The notes under the pieces were generated by a model, which saw only the letters and a list, made by a program, of their open reading frames with translations, was not told the origin of the DNA and made no database searches. DNA of 64,000 nt from assembly GCA_951406725.2 (NCBI GenBank), contig OX597836.1, forward strand, positions 33,914,001 through 33,978,000. Direction: 5' to 3'. Origin of the DNA: Octopus vulgaris (taxonomy: Eukaryota). The translations under genes were made by a program, and so were the position numbers. Positions within the stretch are counted from its first letter, which is position 1. Every line of letters starts with the position of its first letter. Below are positions 42,169 to 56,812 of this stretch, in pieces.

Positions 42169-42549
42169 TAATATAGTGCAATGAATAATGTAGTCTTGCG
42201 CGTGGGCAGAGCATCTTGCAGTGTTTAGCCACTGGTCAGTCCTGTCCAAGCTGATCTATGAATAAAAGCCTTTTACCAAATAGCCATCCCATCTTTTTTC
42301 TGTATCAGGGACTACATTGTCAAAGTGTCCTTCATTTTAAATGGTAATAGAGTATCTCTAGAGAGAAACTGGCTGTTTTCCAACATGTCGAGCGTTCTGC
42401 GTAGATTTTTCTCCGTTGTCTCGTCTTACGTAAAGCGGATCAACACAATGTTACGTAATATAGGTTAGATAGTGTTAAGCAATATAGCTAATTTATTATG
42501 TAATATACAAAAATATAATGTTATGTAATATAGTTTAGTGTTAAGTACT

Positions 42550-42765
42550 CTATTTACTCTTTTACTTGTTTCAGTCATTTGACTGTGGTCTTGCTGGAGC
42601 ACCGCCTTTAGTCGAGCAAATCGACCCTAGAACTTATTCTTTGTAAGCCTAGTACAGCCCGAGGCTATAGTAGAAGGCACTTGCCTAAGGTGCCACGCAG
42701 TCGGACTGAAAGTAGAACCATGTGATTGGTAAGCAACCTACTTACCACACAGCCACTCCTGCGCC
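42550..42765 (-). mobile_element. SINE family A with a large internal deletion
   Basis: 3' module end joined directly to the head/CORE part. Confidence 0.8.
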
Positions 42766-42835
42766 TGTCCATGATGTTTTTCTGTACTGTACATAATGTT
42801 TTTTCTTAATATAAACCCTTGTGGTTAATAAAGAA

Positions 42836-43842
<1,007 letters not shown>

Positions 43843-44315
43843 TCTCGTAGTCGTCATGAACTCTGCGAATGTCGTTAGACACGGTTGGCAAGACAAAAAC
43901 AACGCAAAAGAATAATAGCTCAAAATTCCTTTCATATACAGATGTCACCAAAACCTCTTGCTTAATTAACAGTCACCAGGAGAATGGAATGGTAAACAAT
44001 CAACGACACCACCACCAGCACTACCACCACCACCATCACCACCATCACCACAACAACAAGAACAAAAGTGACATCAACAAGAATGGGAGCAGGATTTCAT
44101 TGACTGCAAAATATGAGGTTATCTCTGTGACTTTATTATATATATTACGTCTAGGAAATTACATTTCTTCTTTGGTATGGACATTGATGGGAAAATGAGA
44201 TTTGCTATTAGCTAGACTTTGCCATTGTATAATGAGAAGACATGTATGTATGTATGCGTATATACATACATATACATACATACATATATACATACATATA
44301 TACATACATACATAT

Positions 44316-44371
<56 letters not shown>

Positions 44372-45077
44372 ATATTTATATGTAAATATATATATATATG
44401 TATGTATATATTTATATGTAAATATATATATATATATATATATATATTTACATAGAAATATATATATATACATAGATATATAGTCATATATATATATATG
44501 CGTGTGTGTGTGTGTGTATATATATATTTATGCGTGTCGTGTGTGTATGTATGTATTGTATATAATGCATATATCTATATGTATATATGTATATATGTAT
44601 ATATGTGTATATATATATATATATATAAACAATATACACACATATTGTTTGTGTTTAATTCAAGGATGTCTAGATAAGCATAGTTATTCATGTCATTCTG
44701 TACATGCACGTATATATGTGTGTATATATGCATATATACATACATGTATACATAATACATACATGATATATATATATATGTCTATATATATATATACATA
44801 GATACATACATATATATATATATATATATATTATATTAAATTCGAGATAAAACCACTATTAGGCAAATCATACAAAGAAAAACTTAAGCCAATACATAAG
44901 ATTAATTAATTTATATTATTTTAAATATATATCAAAATTATTTACTATAAAATTGGATTCAATCCTAAATCTGATTTTTCCCTGTAAGTTTGGATTTATT
45001 CCCTAATATTTTATTATGCATATATATATATATATATGAGTCAAAAATTGTGAAGCATGACTGTCAACACTACTACA

Positions 45078-45122
45078 TGAACCCGAAGATTGCAGAATTC
45101 AATGCATGAAAGTACTAGTTCA
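45078..45122 (+). ncRNA. Minimal type I hammerhead (U4C variant) in a TA-flanked cassette (~45038-45270)
   Basis: TGAAC CCGAAGA T TGCA-GAATTCAA-TGCA T GAA AGTACT A GTTCA: 5-bp stem I, palindromic stem III, CUA site. Confidence 0.7.
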
Positions 45123-45299
45123 ATCAGAATGAATATTTAACATTCTACTATTTCATTTTATTTTATTCAATTATAATATATTATCTTATAATATATCATT
45201 ATAAGATTGTAAATAAAACGTGAAAATCAGACAAGGTTGGAATTCTTTTTATTAATATATTCTTCTATACACAATCACACACACCCATATATATATATA

Positions 45300-45355
<56 letters not shown>

Positions 45356-45363
45356 AACGATAA

Positions 45364-45499
45364 ACGTCGCCCTTTTCAAGCCTAGCCAGGCTCAGGGTCC
45401 GGTTTCCCGGTTTCTGTGGCGTATGTGTTCCCCCCAGCTGGACGGGATGCCAGTCCATCGCAACGTTACTCAAGAAACAGGAAGAGAGAGTGAGAGAAA

Positions 45500-45550
<51 letters not shown>

Positions 45551-45693
45551 GTTATTATTATTGTTGCCGGAGCGTCGTGGAGTTATTTTTAGGTGTTTTC
45601 GCTCAATAAACACACACAACCCCCGATCTGGGAATCGAAACCGCGATCCTCCGACCACGAGTCCGCTGCCCCTACCACTGGGCCATTATATCT

Positions 45694-45697
<4 letters not shown>
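45364..45697 (-). mobile_element. SINE family B (tail 2) with its middle replaced by (TTA)n
   Basis: Colinear with 34960-35266 except at about 45502-45564. Confidence 0.85.
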
Positions 45698-45735
<38 letters not shown>

Positions 45736-45740
<5 letters not shown>

Positions 45741-46065
45741 CATCAAAATACAGGTCCAGATACTGCAACAGCTTGGGTTTCAGAGGACCACAGCTCTTTA
45801 ACATCCTCCCTAAATGCCTGAGAGACTTACATGTTGTGGATGTGGGTTTCTTTAAAACTAAACTGGATCTCTTCTTGTTGGGAGTCCCAGATGAACCTAC
45901 CTCACGACAGGAGACACGGATGCGGGCAGCAGCATCGAACTCCCTTGTTGATCAAGTGCCACGTATCAGAGGTGGATTCACAAACTAGTGTAGCTCATTC
46001 AGCGGTGGTGCCCCAGCATGGCCGCGGCCTTCGGGCTAAAACATTTTTAAGGATTTAAGGATTTA
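45736..46065 (+). mobile_element. 5'-truncated CR1-group LINE 3' end inserted in (TA)n
   Basis: ORF2 C-terminus, stop codon, 3' UTR hairpin GGCC-TTCG-GGCT and (TTTAAGGA)n tail. Confidence 0.88.
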
Positions 46066-46586
46066 TATATATGTATATATACATATATATATGTATATAT
46101 ACATATATATGTACATATGTATGTATATATACATATATATACATATATATGTATATATACATATATATACATATATATGTATATATGCATATATATATAC
46201 ATATATATGTATATATACATATATATATACATATATATATACATATATATGTATATATACATATACATATATATGTATTTATACATGTATATATATATAC
46301 ATGTACATATATATGTATATATACATATATATATACATATACATATGTATGTATATATACATATATATATATACATATATATGTATATATACATATATAT
46401 ATATATTATATATATATATACATACATGTATATATACATATATATATATATATTATATATATATACATACATGTATATATACATATATATACATACATAT
46501 ATATACATATATATACATACATATATATACATATATATACATACATGTATATATACATATATATACATACATATATATACATATAT

Positions 46587-46619
<33 letters not shown>

Positions 46620-46722
46620 CATATATATATACATACATGTATATATACATATATATACATACATGTATATATACATATATATACATGTATATATACATAT
46701 ATATACATACATGTATATATAC

Positions 46723-46775
<53 letters not shown>

Positions 46776-46922
46776 CATATATATACATGTATATACATGT
46801 ATATATATACATACATATATATATACATATATATACATACATATATATATACATATATATACATACATGTATACATACATGTATATATAGATATATATAT
46901 ACACCTATATATATACATATAT
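46066..46922. repeat. ~850-bp degenerate (TA)n/(TACA)n array
   Basis: Seen directly in the sequence. Confidence 0.95.
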
Positions 46923-46942
46923 CAAACTAAGGTTATAGAATA

Positions 46943-46998
<56 letters not shown>

Positions 46999-47777
46999 AT
47001 TATTATTTGGCAAAATTAACAGTGACACAAGGATCGAGAAATGTCGTGTGTGTGTGTGTGTGTGTGTGTACGCTTGTATGTCTGTACTTACGTATGTATG
47101 TATATATCTCTGCGTCTCTCTCTTTCTCTCTCTCTCTCTCTCTGTATATATATCTATATATATATAAACATATATGGATGTATATATGCGCTAGTGTATG
47201 ATCGTGGACGCGTTTGTGTATATATTTGACTATATATCTATGAATATATGTATTTATATGTAAATATAAATACATGCATTTGTGTGTGCGTGTGCGTGTA
47301 TGCATGCATGTGCGGGTGTGAGTGTGTACGAACATATGTATGAATTTGTGTATACACATACACAGGCACACATATATACACACATATTTCAGTAATCAGC
47401 AAAATATCTGTGAAAACGTATGAAGTTCAGTGATGCTCTTCTAATTAGAGTTTTAATGACAGAAATAGTTAGGCGTAGGATGTTGTCAGGTGGGGTGGTG
47501 GAGGTGGTAGTGCTGGTGGTGGTGGTGGTGGAGGTGGTAGTGCTGGTGGTGGTGGTGGTGGTGGTGTTAGTGAGTATGGGTTGCGGACGGGTGAGGAATT
47601 TTCTCCAGCTTCCCTCTTCCCTAAAAAATAAATGCCGAGATTAATTAGTGTACACAGAAGTAAATAAGCTTATTATTTGGGAAGTTCCAGCATCGAAGTC
47701 TTTAAAAAGCGCCAAAATAAAATAAAATAGAGGAGTAGACTGTATGTGTATGTGTGTGTGCATGTGTGTATATATAC

Positions 47778-47833
<56 letters not shown>

Positions 47834-48039
47834 GTATATGTATATACATATGTATGTATGCATGTATATATATATATATATATATATATCCACCCAGACC
47901 GGGTATCACCATTATCCAGCATCTTTAAGAGTACACCTGTTGGGTGGGACGAAGTTTTCTCATTTCTAATATAAACACAGCCAGAAACAAGATAGGAAAA
48001 CAACTAGACAATCACACACGAAAATTCTGAAGAAAAGAA

Positions 48040-48131
<92 letters not shown>

Positions 48132-48589
48132 GTATGTATATATATACGTATTTGAGTATAACTACGAAATCTTGGCTTGTAATTAAACGTGATATTGCAG
48201 CTAGAAGAAGACAATTACTTGCATCTCATTAAAAACTTACACCTATATTTAACTAATATTTTAATACGGTCTTACTTTCCTATGTATGTAGGCAGGCACG
48301 GTCACCTGGTTTAACGAGTTCGTTAGCAAGTATTTGGTTCTGGTTTCGATCCTTTCACTGTTCTGTTTGCAGCAAAAGCGACTTCAGCCTTGAACCGATT
48401 GATTGCCGAACATTGCGAGTGAAGCGAAATTGGGGGAATCAGTATTCGTGACACTTGAGGCAATGTATTGAAGCTCCTGTCAGTAAGACTGCGGCGAGCT
48501 GGCAGAAACGCCGGGCGAAATGCTTAGCGGTATTTCGTCTGCCGTTACGTTCTGAGTTCAAATTCTGGGCACCGAGGTCGCCTTTGCAA

Positions 48590-48810
48590 ACCGGCCTCCC
48601 TCTCCACGTCACCGATGTTGTCCAAGGGTCGAAAATTCAAGGGCCGATACAGCTTGGCACCTGGTGACGTCGCAACTCATTTCTACAGCTGAGTGGACTG
48701 GAGCAACGTGAAATAAATTGTCTTGCTCAAGAACACAACACGCAGCCCGGTCCAGGATTCGAGCTCACAACCTCACGATCGTAAGCTCGACAGTCTAACC
48801 ACTGAACTAA
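48590..48810 (-). mobile_element. SINE family D
   Basis: Head and body as 875-1104, but the tail is shared with 1945-2030. Confidence 0.7.
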
Positions 48811-48811
48811 A

Positions 48812-48850
<39 letters not shown>

Positions 48851-48883
48851 AAGATGCTTTGCAGCCTAAACGAATATATAAAA

Positions 48884-49502
48884 TCGCCGTGACCGACCAG
48901 GCTATCAGATGTTGCTGGTCAGATGTCGCTGGTCACAATACTCTTCGCATTCTTTTAGCCTTCAAAGGACGCCACCCCGCTGGCTAAGCGAGCAGGCCAA
49001 CAGAAGAAAGAGTGAAAGTTATGGCGAAAGTGTACAGCAGGGATCGCCACCACCTCCTGCCGGAGTCTCATGGATCCTTTCTTTAGGTGTTTTCGCTCAA
49101 TAAACACTTGCATCTCATTAAAAAACTTACACCTATATTTAACTAATATTTCAATACGGTTTTACTTTCCTATGTATGTAGGCAGGCACGGTCACCTGGT
49201 TTAACAAAATCACCGTGACCGACCAGGCTATCAGATGTTGCTGGTCACAATGCGCTTCGCATTCTTTTAGCCTTCAAAGGACGCCACCCGCTGGCTAAGC
49301 GAGCAGGCCAACAGAAGAAAGAGTGAGAGAAAGTTGTGGCGAAAGTGTACAGCAGGGATCACCACCATCCCCTGCCGGAGCCTCGTGGAGCTTTAGGTGT
49401 TTTCGCTCAATAAACACTGACAACGCCCGGTCTGGGAATCGAAACCGCGATCCTACGACCGCGAGTCCGCTGCCCTAACCACTGGGCTATTGCGTCTCCA
49501 CA
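48884..49502 (-). mobile_element. Two SINE family B (tail 1) copies separated by a duplicated local segment
   Basis: Partial copy 48884-49106, insert 49106-49205, full copy 49208-49502. Confidence 0.85.
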
Positions 49503-49540
49503 TATAAAATATATCTCTAATATATTCCACATTGATTCCC

Positions 49541-49585
49541 TCGCTGATGAATTGCTCCCACGTAACATGAAATTCGTGTCTACGA
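49541..49585 (+). ncRNA. Degenerate hammerhead-like motif
   Basis: TCG CTGATGA ATTGC-TCCCAC-GTAACAT GAA ATTCGTGT C TACGA; core and GUC site intact, stems imperfect. Confidence 0.4.
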
Positions 49586-49628
49586 ATAATAAATTCTCTC
49601 TCTCTCTCTGTACACACAAACACACACA

Positions 49629-49698
<70 letters not shown>

Positions 49699-49926
49699 TA
49701 AGATATACAGCAGTTTACAATGTTTACCAAAAAGAAAAACTTTAGTTGTCATCAAATGCAACCTCGGTGTTAGAAACACCCACATTGCTAGAAATAAGAG
49801 CTAAAATGATCTAATGCTGTAATATGCGTGTGAGTGTGTGGGTGTGTATGTCTGTGTATATGTGAGTGTATGTGCGTGTGCATGTGTGTATGTATATGTA
49901 CATACACGCTCGCACGCACGCACACA

Positions 49927-49962
<36 letters not shown>

Positions 49963-50381
49963 TCAAAGAAAAATATTTCGAAATAACTATGTAAAAAATT
50001 ATATTCAGAGAACAGAATGCCAGCAGCCTTTGGCGTAGACGTTGTTGTATGAAGCGTATTTTTTACACAAACGCAAAATACAAAATATAGGAACATTTCT
50101 TCCACAAAGGTTGTTGACATTCTGTTTGTTATCTGAATAAATTTTTTGAAATACTTGAAAAAAAAAAAATTTTTTTGAAATACTTGAAAAAAAAAAAAAA
50201 ATTTTTTTTAATATTACGACTGTGTGGCTGTGTGGTAAGAAGCTTGCCTCCCAGTCACATGATTCCAGGTTCAGTCCCAATGTGTGGCACCTTGGGCAAG
50301 TGTCTTCTACTATTGCCTCGGGCCGACTAAAAGCTTTTTAGTGGATTTGGTAGATGGAAACTAAAAGAAGCCTGTCGTATG

Positions 50382-50412
<31 letters not shown>

Positions 50413-50657
50413 GAGTGTATTTTTACTTTGTTAACAATTAACACGGAAAAAAAAAATAAATAGTTACCAGGGCAGCAAAAATCTCACAAGTAAAGGTGTT
50501 GTAACTCCTTGTTTATAAAGGTAGAAACTTCGTGTTTACGTTGAATATTTTGAATAATATGAATATACCATTCTTTTGAATAGTATCAGTGGAATTTTTG
50601 AAACATGTGTCGAAAATAAAAAATATTTGATTACACCTGCGTTAACTCCATTTTTTA

Positions 50658-50756
<99 letters not shown>

Positions 50757-50844
50757 TTTATGTATATATATATTATATGTTCCACATGCACATACACGCT
50801 CTTACATACTCACGCACGCACGCACACCTTCGTTTTGGGATCAC

Positions 50845-51090
50845 TACTACTTTATTATCTCCCCTTCTTCCTAGCTTTCCTGTGTGACCCTTCTGTCCGG
50901 CATTCGCCATGATAGATCGCTAGCCACTAAACCTTTTTCTATTTTCTCTCCCTGGTTATTTCTGTGTTCCTTTCTGTAGAAGAGCGTAGGCTTGAAGCGT
51001 AAAATCTTTCTCACTTCCCGAGCGTTAAACTAATACATCTGTTTCTGGTTTATACACCCGCCTTCGTCTTTTTTTTTGTAGATTCTCACT
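50845..51090 (+). mobile_element. Third copy of the cassette with a hammerhead-like motif (50970-51004)
   Basis: CTTT CTGTAGA A GAGC-GTAG-GCTT GAAGCGTA AAAT. Confidence 0.75.
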
Positions 51091-51292
51091 ATACACAGAC
51101 ACACACACACGCACGCACTCACACGCGCACACACACACATACACGCACACACACACACATATATATATACACATACACACACACATATATATCTATATAC
51201 ATACATACATCCACACACACACACACACACCCTCACACACACACACACACACATATATATATACATGCACATAGATTACATTATAATACATA

Positions 51293-51332
<40 letters not shown>

Positions 51333-51370
51333 AATCTATCTATCTATCTGTAAAAAATTATGTATGTATG

Positions 51371-51419
<49 letters not shown>

Positions 51420-51427
<8 letters not shown>

Positions 51428-51513
51428 GTTGTATACTGTCAATCTAACACGAACGTGACAGTAGGGGGGTACCTGTCACGTTCGTGTTAGATTGACAGTA
51501 TACAACCATTCTA
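51420..51513. repeat. Perfect ~42-bp-arm inverted repeat next to (TA)n
   Basis: ATAGAATGGTTGTATACTGTCAATCTAACACGAACGTGACAG, loop TAGGGGGGTAC, then the exact reverse complement. Confidence 0.95.
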
Positions 51514-51900
51514 TCGCCCCACCACCGTACATGTCTCTACGAGAGATTTAGAAATCTAGTATATATATATATATTAAGTGTACTGGTCGGTCAGTGAATG
51601 TGTGAGTGCATGTACATAATACCTACATCCATCCATCTATCCATCCATCCATCCATCCATCCATCCATTAATCCATCCGTTGTTGCGCACACTCTATTTT
51701 GGAGATAGCATATTTAACACTGATATTTGGTTTTGTATTTTGTGATCATGTTTTAAGACGGGAAAGACCTTTGATTGGTTCTTCGTATCTTAGTGAAAGC
51801 TCTCCAGCAGTGACTACCCTTCTTTTTTTAATATAAAGCCTACATTCTCCGATGTATTCCTCCATTTTTAAAAGTGCTTGAACGTGATTTGTGTTTCTGT

Positions 51901-52057
51901 GGGAGTGGGTGTGTGGTAAGCAGCTTGCTTACCAGCCACATGGTTCCGGGTTCAGTCCCACTGCGTGGTACTTTGGGCAAGTGTCTCCCACTATAGCCTC
52001 GGGCCGACCAAAGCGTTGTGAGTGGATTTGGTAGACGGAAACCGAAAGAAGCCCGTC

Positions 52058-52130
<73 letters not shown>

Positions 52131-52329
52131 CAATAGGTGAATGAATTATCCTATGTTTATCGTCAGCATGGAAAATTTGCCTTGTTGCCGAGAGAGGCTC
52201 CCTTTCTTTCCTGATGAGAAGATTGCATCATACACCCTTTATTCCTTTGGAATGAAACCATGTGGTCTTCGAAACATATGTCGAGAGTAAAGGAATTTTG
52301 TTAACATCTTCGTTCGACTCCATTCTTTC

Positions 52330-52363
<34 letters not shown>

Positions 52364-52581
52364 GCACGTTTGTATATATTTGTGCCTCTGTGTTTGTCCC
52401 ACCAACATTGCTTAACAACCGATGCTGGCGTGTTTATGCTTCGCTAACCTAACGGTTTGGCAAAACAGGCCGATAGAATAAGTACTACGCTTACAAGGAA
52501 TAACCCCTGGCGTCGATTTGCTCGACTAAAGGTGGTACTCCAGCATGGCCGCTGTCAAATGATTGAAACAAGTAAAAGAGA
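51901..52581 (+). mobile_element. SINE family A interrupted in its internal (TA)n by a hammerhead cassette (~52130-52335)
   Basis: 5' module 51901-52058; 3' module about 52380-52581. Confidence 0.88.
52201..52293 (+). ncRNA. Canonical type I hammerhead ribozyme with extended stem II
   Basis: CCTTTCTTTC CTGATGA GAAGATTGCAT..ATGTGGTCTTC GAA ACATATGT C GAGAGTAAAGG. 11-bp stem II (with G-U pairs), palindromic stem III, GUC site; predicted cleavage after 52282. Confidence 0.9.
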
Positions 52582-52754
52582 GTTTCAGTGACAAATCAGT
52601 CCTTTTTACACAAATCCACACACATAGATATATTCATTCATTCACACTCACACACACGCACGCACACACACAGATGGAAAGAGAAAGAGAGACAGAGAGA
52701 GGTGGCGGAGAGGGTGACAAAACCAGACAGATGGAGTGGAAGCTGACATTTAAT

Positions 52755-52840
<86 letters not shown>

Positions 52841-52911
52841 ATACGACTCTTTGAGATATTCTACCGAGCGGGAAAAATAAAAAAAAAATTGTTTAATTAA
52901 ATGTCGTTAAA

Positions 52912-53221
52912 TTTGTCCAAGCTTGGTCTCCTAAAAAGTTTGTCCAAGCTTGGTCTCCTAAAAAGTTTGTCCAAGCTTGGTCTCCTAAAAAGTTTGTCCA
53001 AGCTTGGTCTCATACAAAGTTTGTCCAAGCTTGGTCTCCTAAAAAGTTTGTCCAAGCTCGGTCTCCTAAAAAGTTTGTCCAAGCTTGGTCTCCTAAAAAG
53101 TTTGTCCAAGCTTGGTCTCCTAAAAAGTTTGTCCAAGCTTGGTCTCCTAAAAAGTTTGTCCAAGCTTGGTCTCCTAAAAAGGTTGTCCAAGCTTGGTCTC
53201 CTAAAGAGGTTGTCCAAGCTT
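52912..53221. repeat. 27-bp minisatellite, ~11.5 copies
   Basis: Unit TTTGTCCAAGCTTGGTCTCCTAAAAAG; copies are nearly identical with no spacers. Confidence 0.97.
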
Positions 53222-53559
53222 GTCCGAGCATGGAAGATAGTTGGATTGTCTCTCTAACTAAGGGAGGCTTTAGAACGCATCAAAGAAGCTACATACGTGA
53301 TGCATAGTTGCTAACTATGCATCTCTACGTACAGGGATGTGTAGAACAGAATGTGCACCAGGAAGCGGTCCAAAACGTCATGCGCATATTCACCAAAACA
53401 AGTTTTGTAGCACCTACTGCAAGAGGCGCCCATCATTGACACATCTGCACGAAACAATGTAATTCCCATGACGGTCTCTAGAGACACGTCCTTGCTTTAA
53501 ATGTTTAAGATAGTAAACAAGCAGTAGTATGGGGTCAAAAGTTGCAGCCGCCATGCATG

Positions 53560-53593
<34 letters not shown>

Positions 53594-53639
53594 TGTATGT
53601 ATGTATGTGTGTGTGTGTGTGTATATGTATGTATGTATG

Positions 53640-53675
<36 letters not shown>

Positions 53676-54373
53676 CGTACGTATGTATGTATGTATTTAT
53701 GTATGTATGTGTTTATGTGTGTGTGTGTATTTATGTGTGTGTATGTATGCATGTGTGTATGTACGTACGTATGTATGCATCTGTGTGCATGTATATATGT
53801 GTATATGTGTGTATGTATTCTATATATGCATGTGTGTATATGTATGTTTGTAATTATGCATGCGTGTGTATATATGTAATTGTGTATACAATTATGTATA
53901 TGTATGTATACCTATATATATATATATATATATATACATATATATGTATATATTATAATATAATATAATATATGTATATGTACGTATACATATATATGTA
54001 TATGTATATATTTATAATACAAAAAATATAATATAATATAATATATATATCTATATATATGTATGTATACATATGTATACATATACACACATATATATCA
54101 TATACATTTGCTAGATCAGGAACTGACCTAGGGTGAGACACGTAACAGCAACAGGAGTATCTGACTTCTTCCGCATTTGCAGAACGAACCTCTGATGTGT
54201 GGGTCACGCCGAATATGTGTCAAGGAAACCAGTTTGGTTTCAGTCATTCTTGAGATAAGAGTTAACGACAAGAGCGAAAAAAAACACAGAAGGGGTGCAT
54301 AGAGTGAGTCAGAGAAAGTGTGATGCAGTAGGGGAAACAGAGAGGGTGAGTATTATACATATATAATACATAA

Positions 54374-54661
54374 TAGGGCAGCGGACTCGCGGTCGTAGGA
54401 TCGCGGTTTCGATTCCTAGACCGGTCGTTGTGAGTGTTTATTGGGCAAAAAACACCTAAAGCTCCACGAAGCTCTGGCAGGGGGTGGTGGCGATCCCTGC
54501 TGTACTCTTTCGCCGCAACTTTCTCTCACTCTTTCTTCTGTTGGCCTGCTCGCTTAGCCAGCAGGATGACATCGTTTGAAGGCTAAAACAATGCGAAGCG
54601 CATTGTGACCAGCGATGTGTAGCAACATCTGATAGCCTGGTCGGTCACGTGATCACGTGAT
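54374..54661 (+). mobile_element. SINE family B with tail type 1 (first ~20 nt missing)
   Basis: Colinear with 39251-39537. Confidence 0.9.
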
Positions 54662-54710
54662 ATGAATATATCTGTGTATGTCTACATTTATGCATGTTTG
54701 TGTATGTACA

Positions 54711-54940
54711 GCGAGCTGACAGAAGCGTTAGCACGCCGGGCGAAATGCTTAGCGGTGTTTCGCCTGCCGTTACGTTCTGAGTTCAAATTCCGCCGAGGTC
54801 GACTTTACTTTTCATCCGTTCGGGGTCGATTAAATAAGTACCAGTTAAACTCTGGGGTCGATGTAATCGACTTAATCCCTTTGTCTATCCGTGTTTGTCC
54901 CCTCTATGTTTAGCCCCTTGTAGTCAAGAAAGAAAGAAAT
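54711..54940 (+). mobile_element. SINE family C monomer
   Basis: Head, B box and core as 1221-1450. Confidence 0.85.
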
Positions 54941-55308
54941 ATATATATAATATACATTATATATATAAATATATATGTATATATATATATATATATATTA
55001 ATATATATATAATATACATTATATATATAAATATATATGTATATATATATATATTCAAATTAAAATTCAGAAAACGGCATTAACATAATTTATTTATATA
55101 ATTTATTAACAGTTAATAAATTATATTAATGCTACAGTTCTATTTTCTGAATTTTAATTTGAATATTCATAAACCAAGATTCATACATTGCTTCCTAACC
55201 ATATGGTTCTAAGTTTGCTCCAACGTTGTGGCGCCTTCTGCAATAGATTCAGGCTGACTAAAGCCATGTGAGTGGATTTGGTAGACGGAAACTGAAAGAA
55301 TCCCGTCG

Positions 55309-55393
<85 letters not shown>

Positions 55394-55420
55394 CTCTCTA
55401 TATATATATACACACACACG

Positions 55421-55473
<53 letters not shown>

Positions 55474-56235
55474 CATACTTACACACACACACACATATAT
55501 ATATATATATGTATATATATATTATTTTAAAATAGGATAAAATCTTTATAAGAATTTATCAAGTAGCGTGAAAAACCTCATAAGAGAAAAAATCTAACCA
55601 ATTTTTTCACTTAAATATATTTATATTTATTATATAGGAGGCATTACTATACATAAATGCCACACGCTAGGAGGGACACTTAAAGTCAAAACTACCAAAA
55701 TAAATAAACACATCGTACCGAATGCAACTCTCGAAGCAAGTCATTTAACGAACGAACAAGCGAACGAACGAACGAACCAGCCGGCCAACCAACCAACCAA
55801 CCGACCAGCCAACCAACCAACCAACCAACCAACCAACCAACCAACCAACCAACCAACCAGCCAGCCGATTAGCCAACAACAATAACGAAATCGCTCCAAC
55901 ACATTTCTGCAGATATGAAACCTGAGCGATGAGCATCCATCTTTGTTCATTGGCCAAAAGCTTTCTTCCATCATTTTCTCCGACATCATTTATCTTTCAT
56001 TGTCGAAGTATGTGTGTGTGTGTGTGTGTGTGTGACGAGCAAATACGTTAATCGCATGGAATTAGATATAATCACCGGTTCAGTTCAGAAGATATCTTTC
56101 TTTTACCGCCCAAAATCTCTGTCCATAAAGCCACAATCCGATACCACAGTTGGACAGGATATTTCGGGTCGTAGACTTGGAGGAAAAAAAAAAACTATGA
56201 AATAAAAAGAAAAAAATGAAAAAAAAAGTATGTAA

Positions 56236-56812
<577 letters not shown>

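Noticed and set aside
47892-47932. Possible decayed minus-strand hammerhead in a TA-flanked insert
   Set aside because: At least three core changes are needed; too degenerate to support by eye.
52912-53221. CRISPR-like array or leucine-rich repeat protein
   Set aside because: Units are contiguous with no unique spacers, no cas genes are present and the context is eukaryotic. The ORFs exist only because the 27-bp unit lacks stops.
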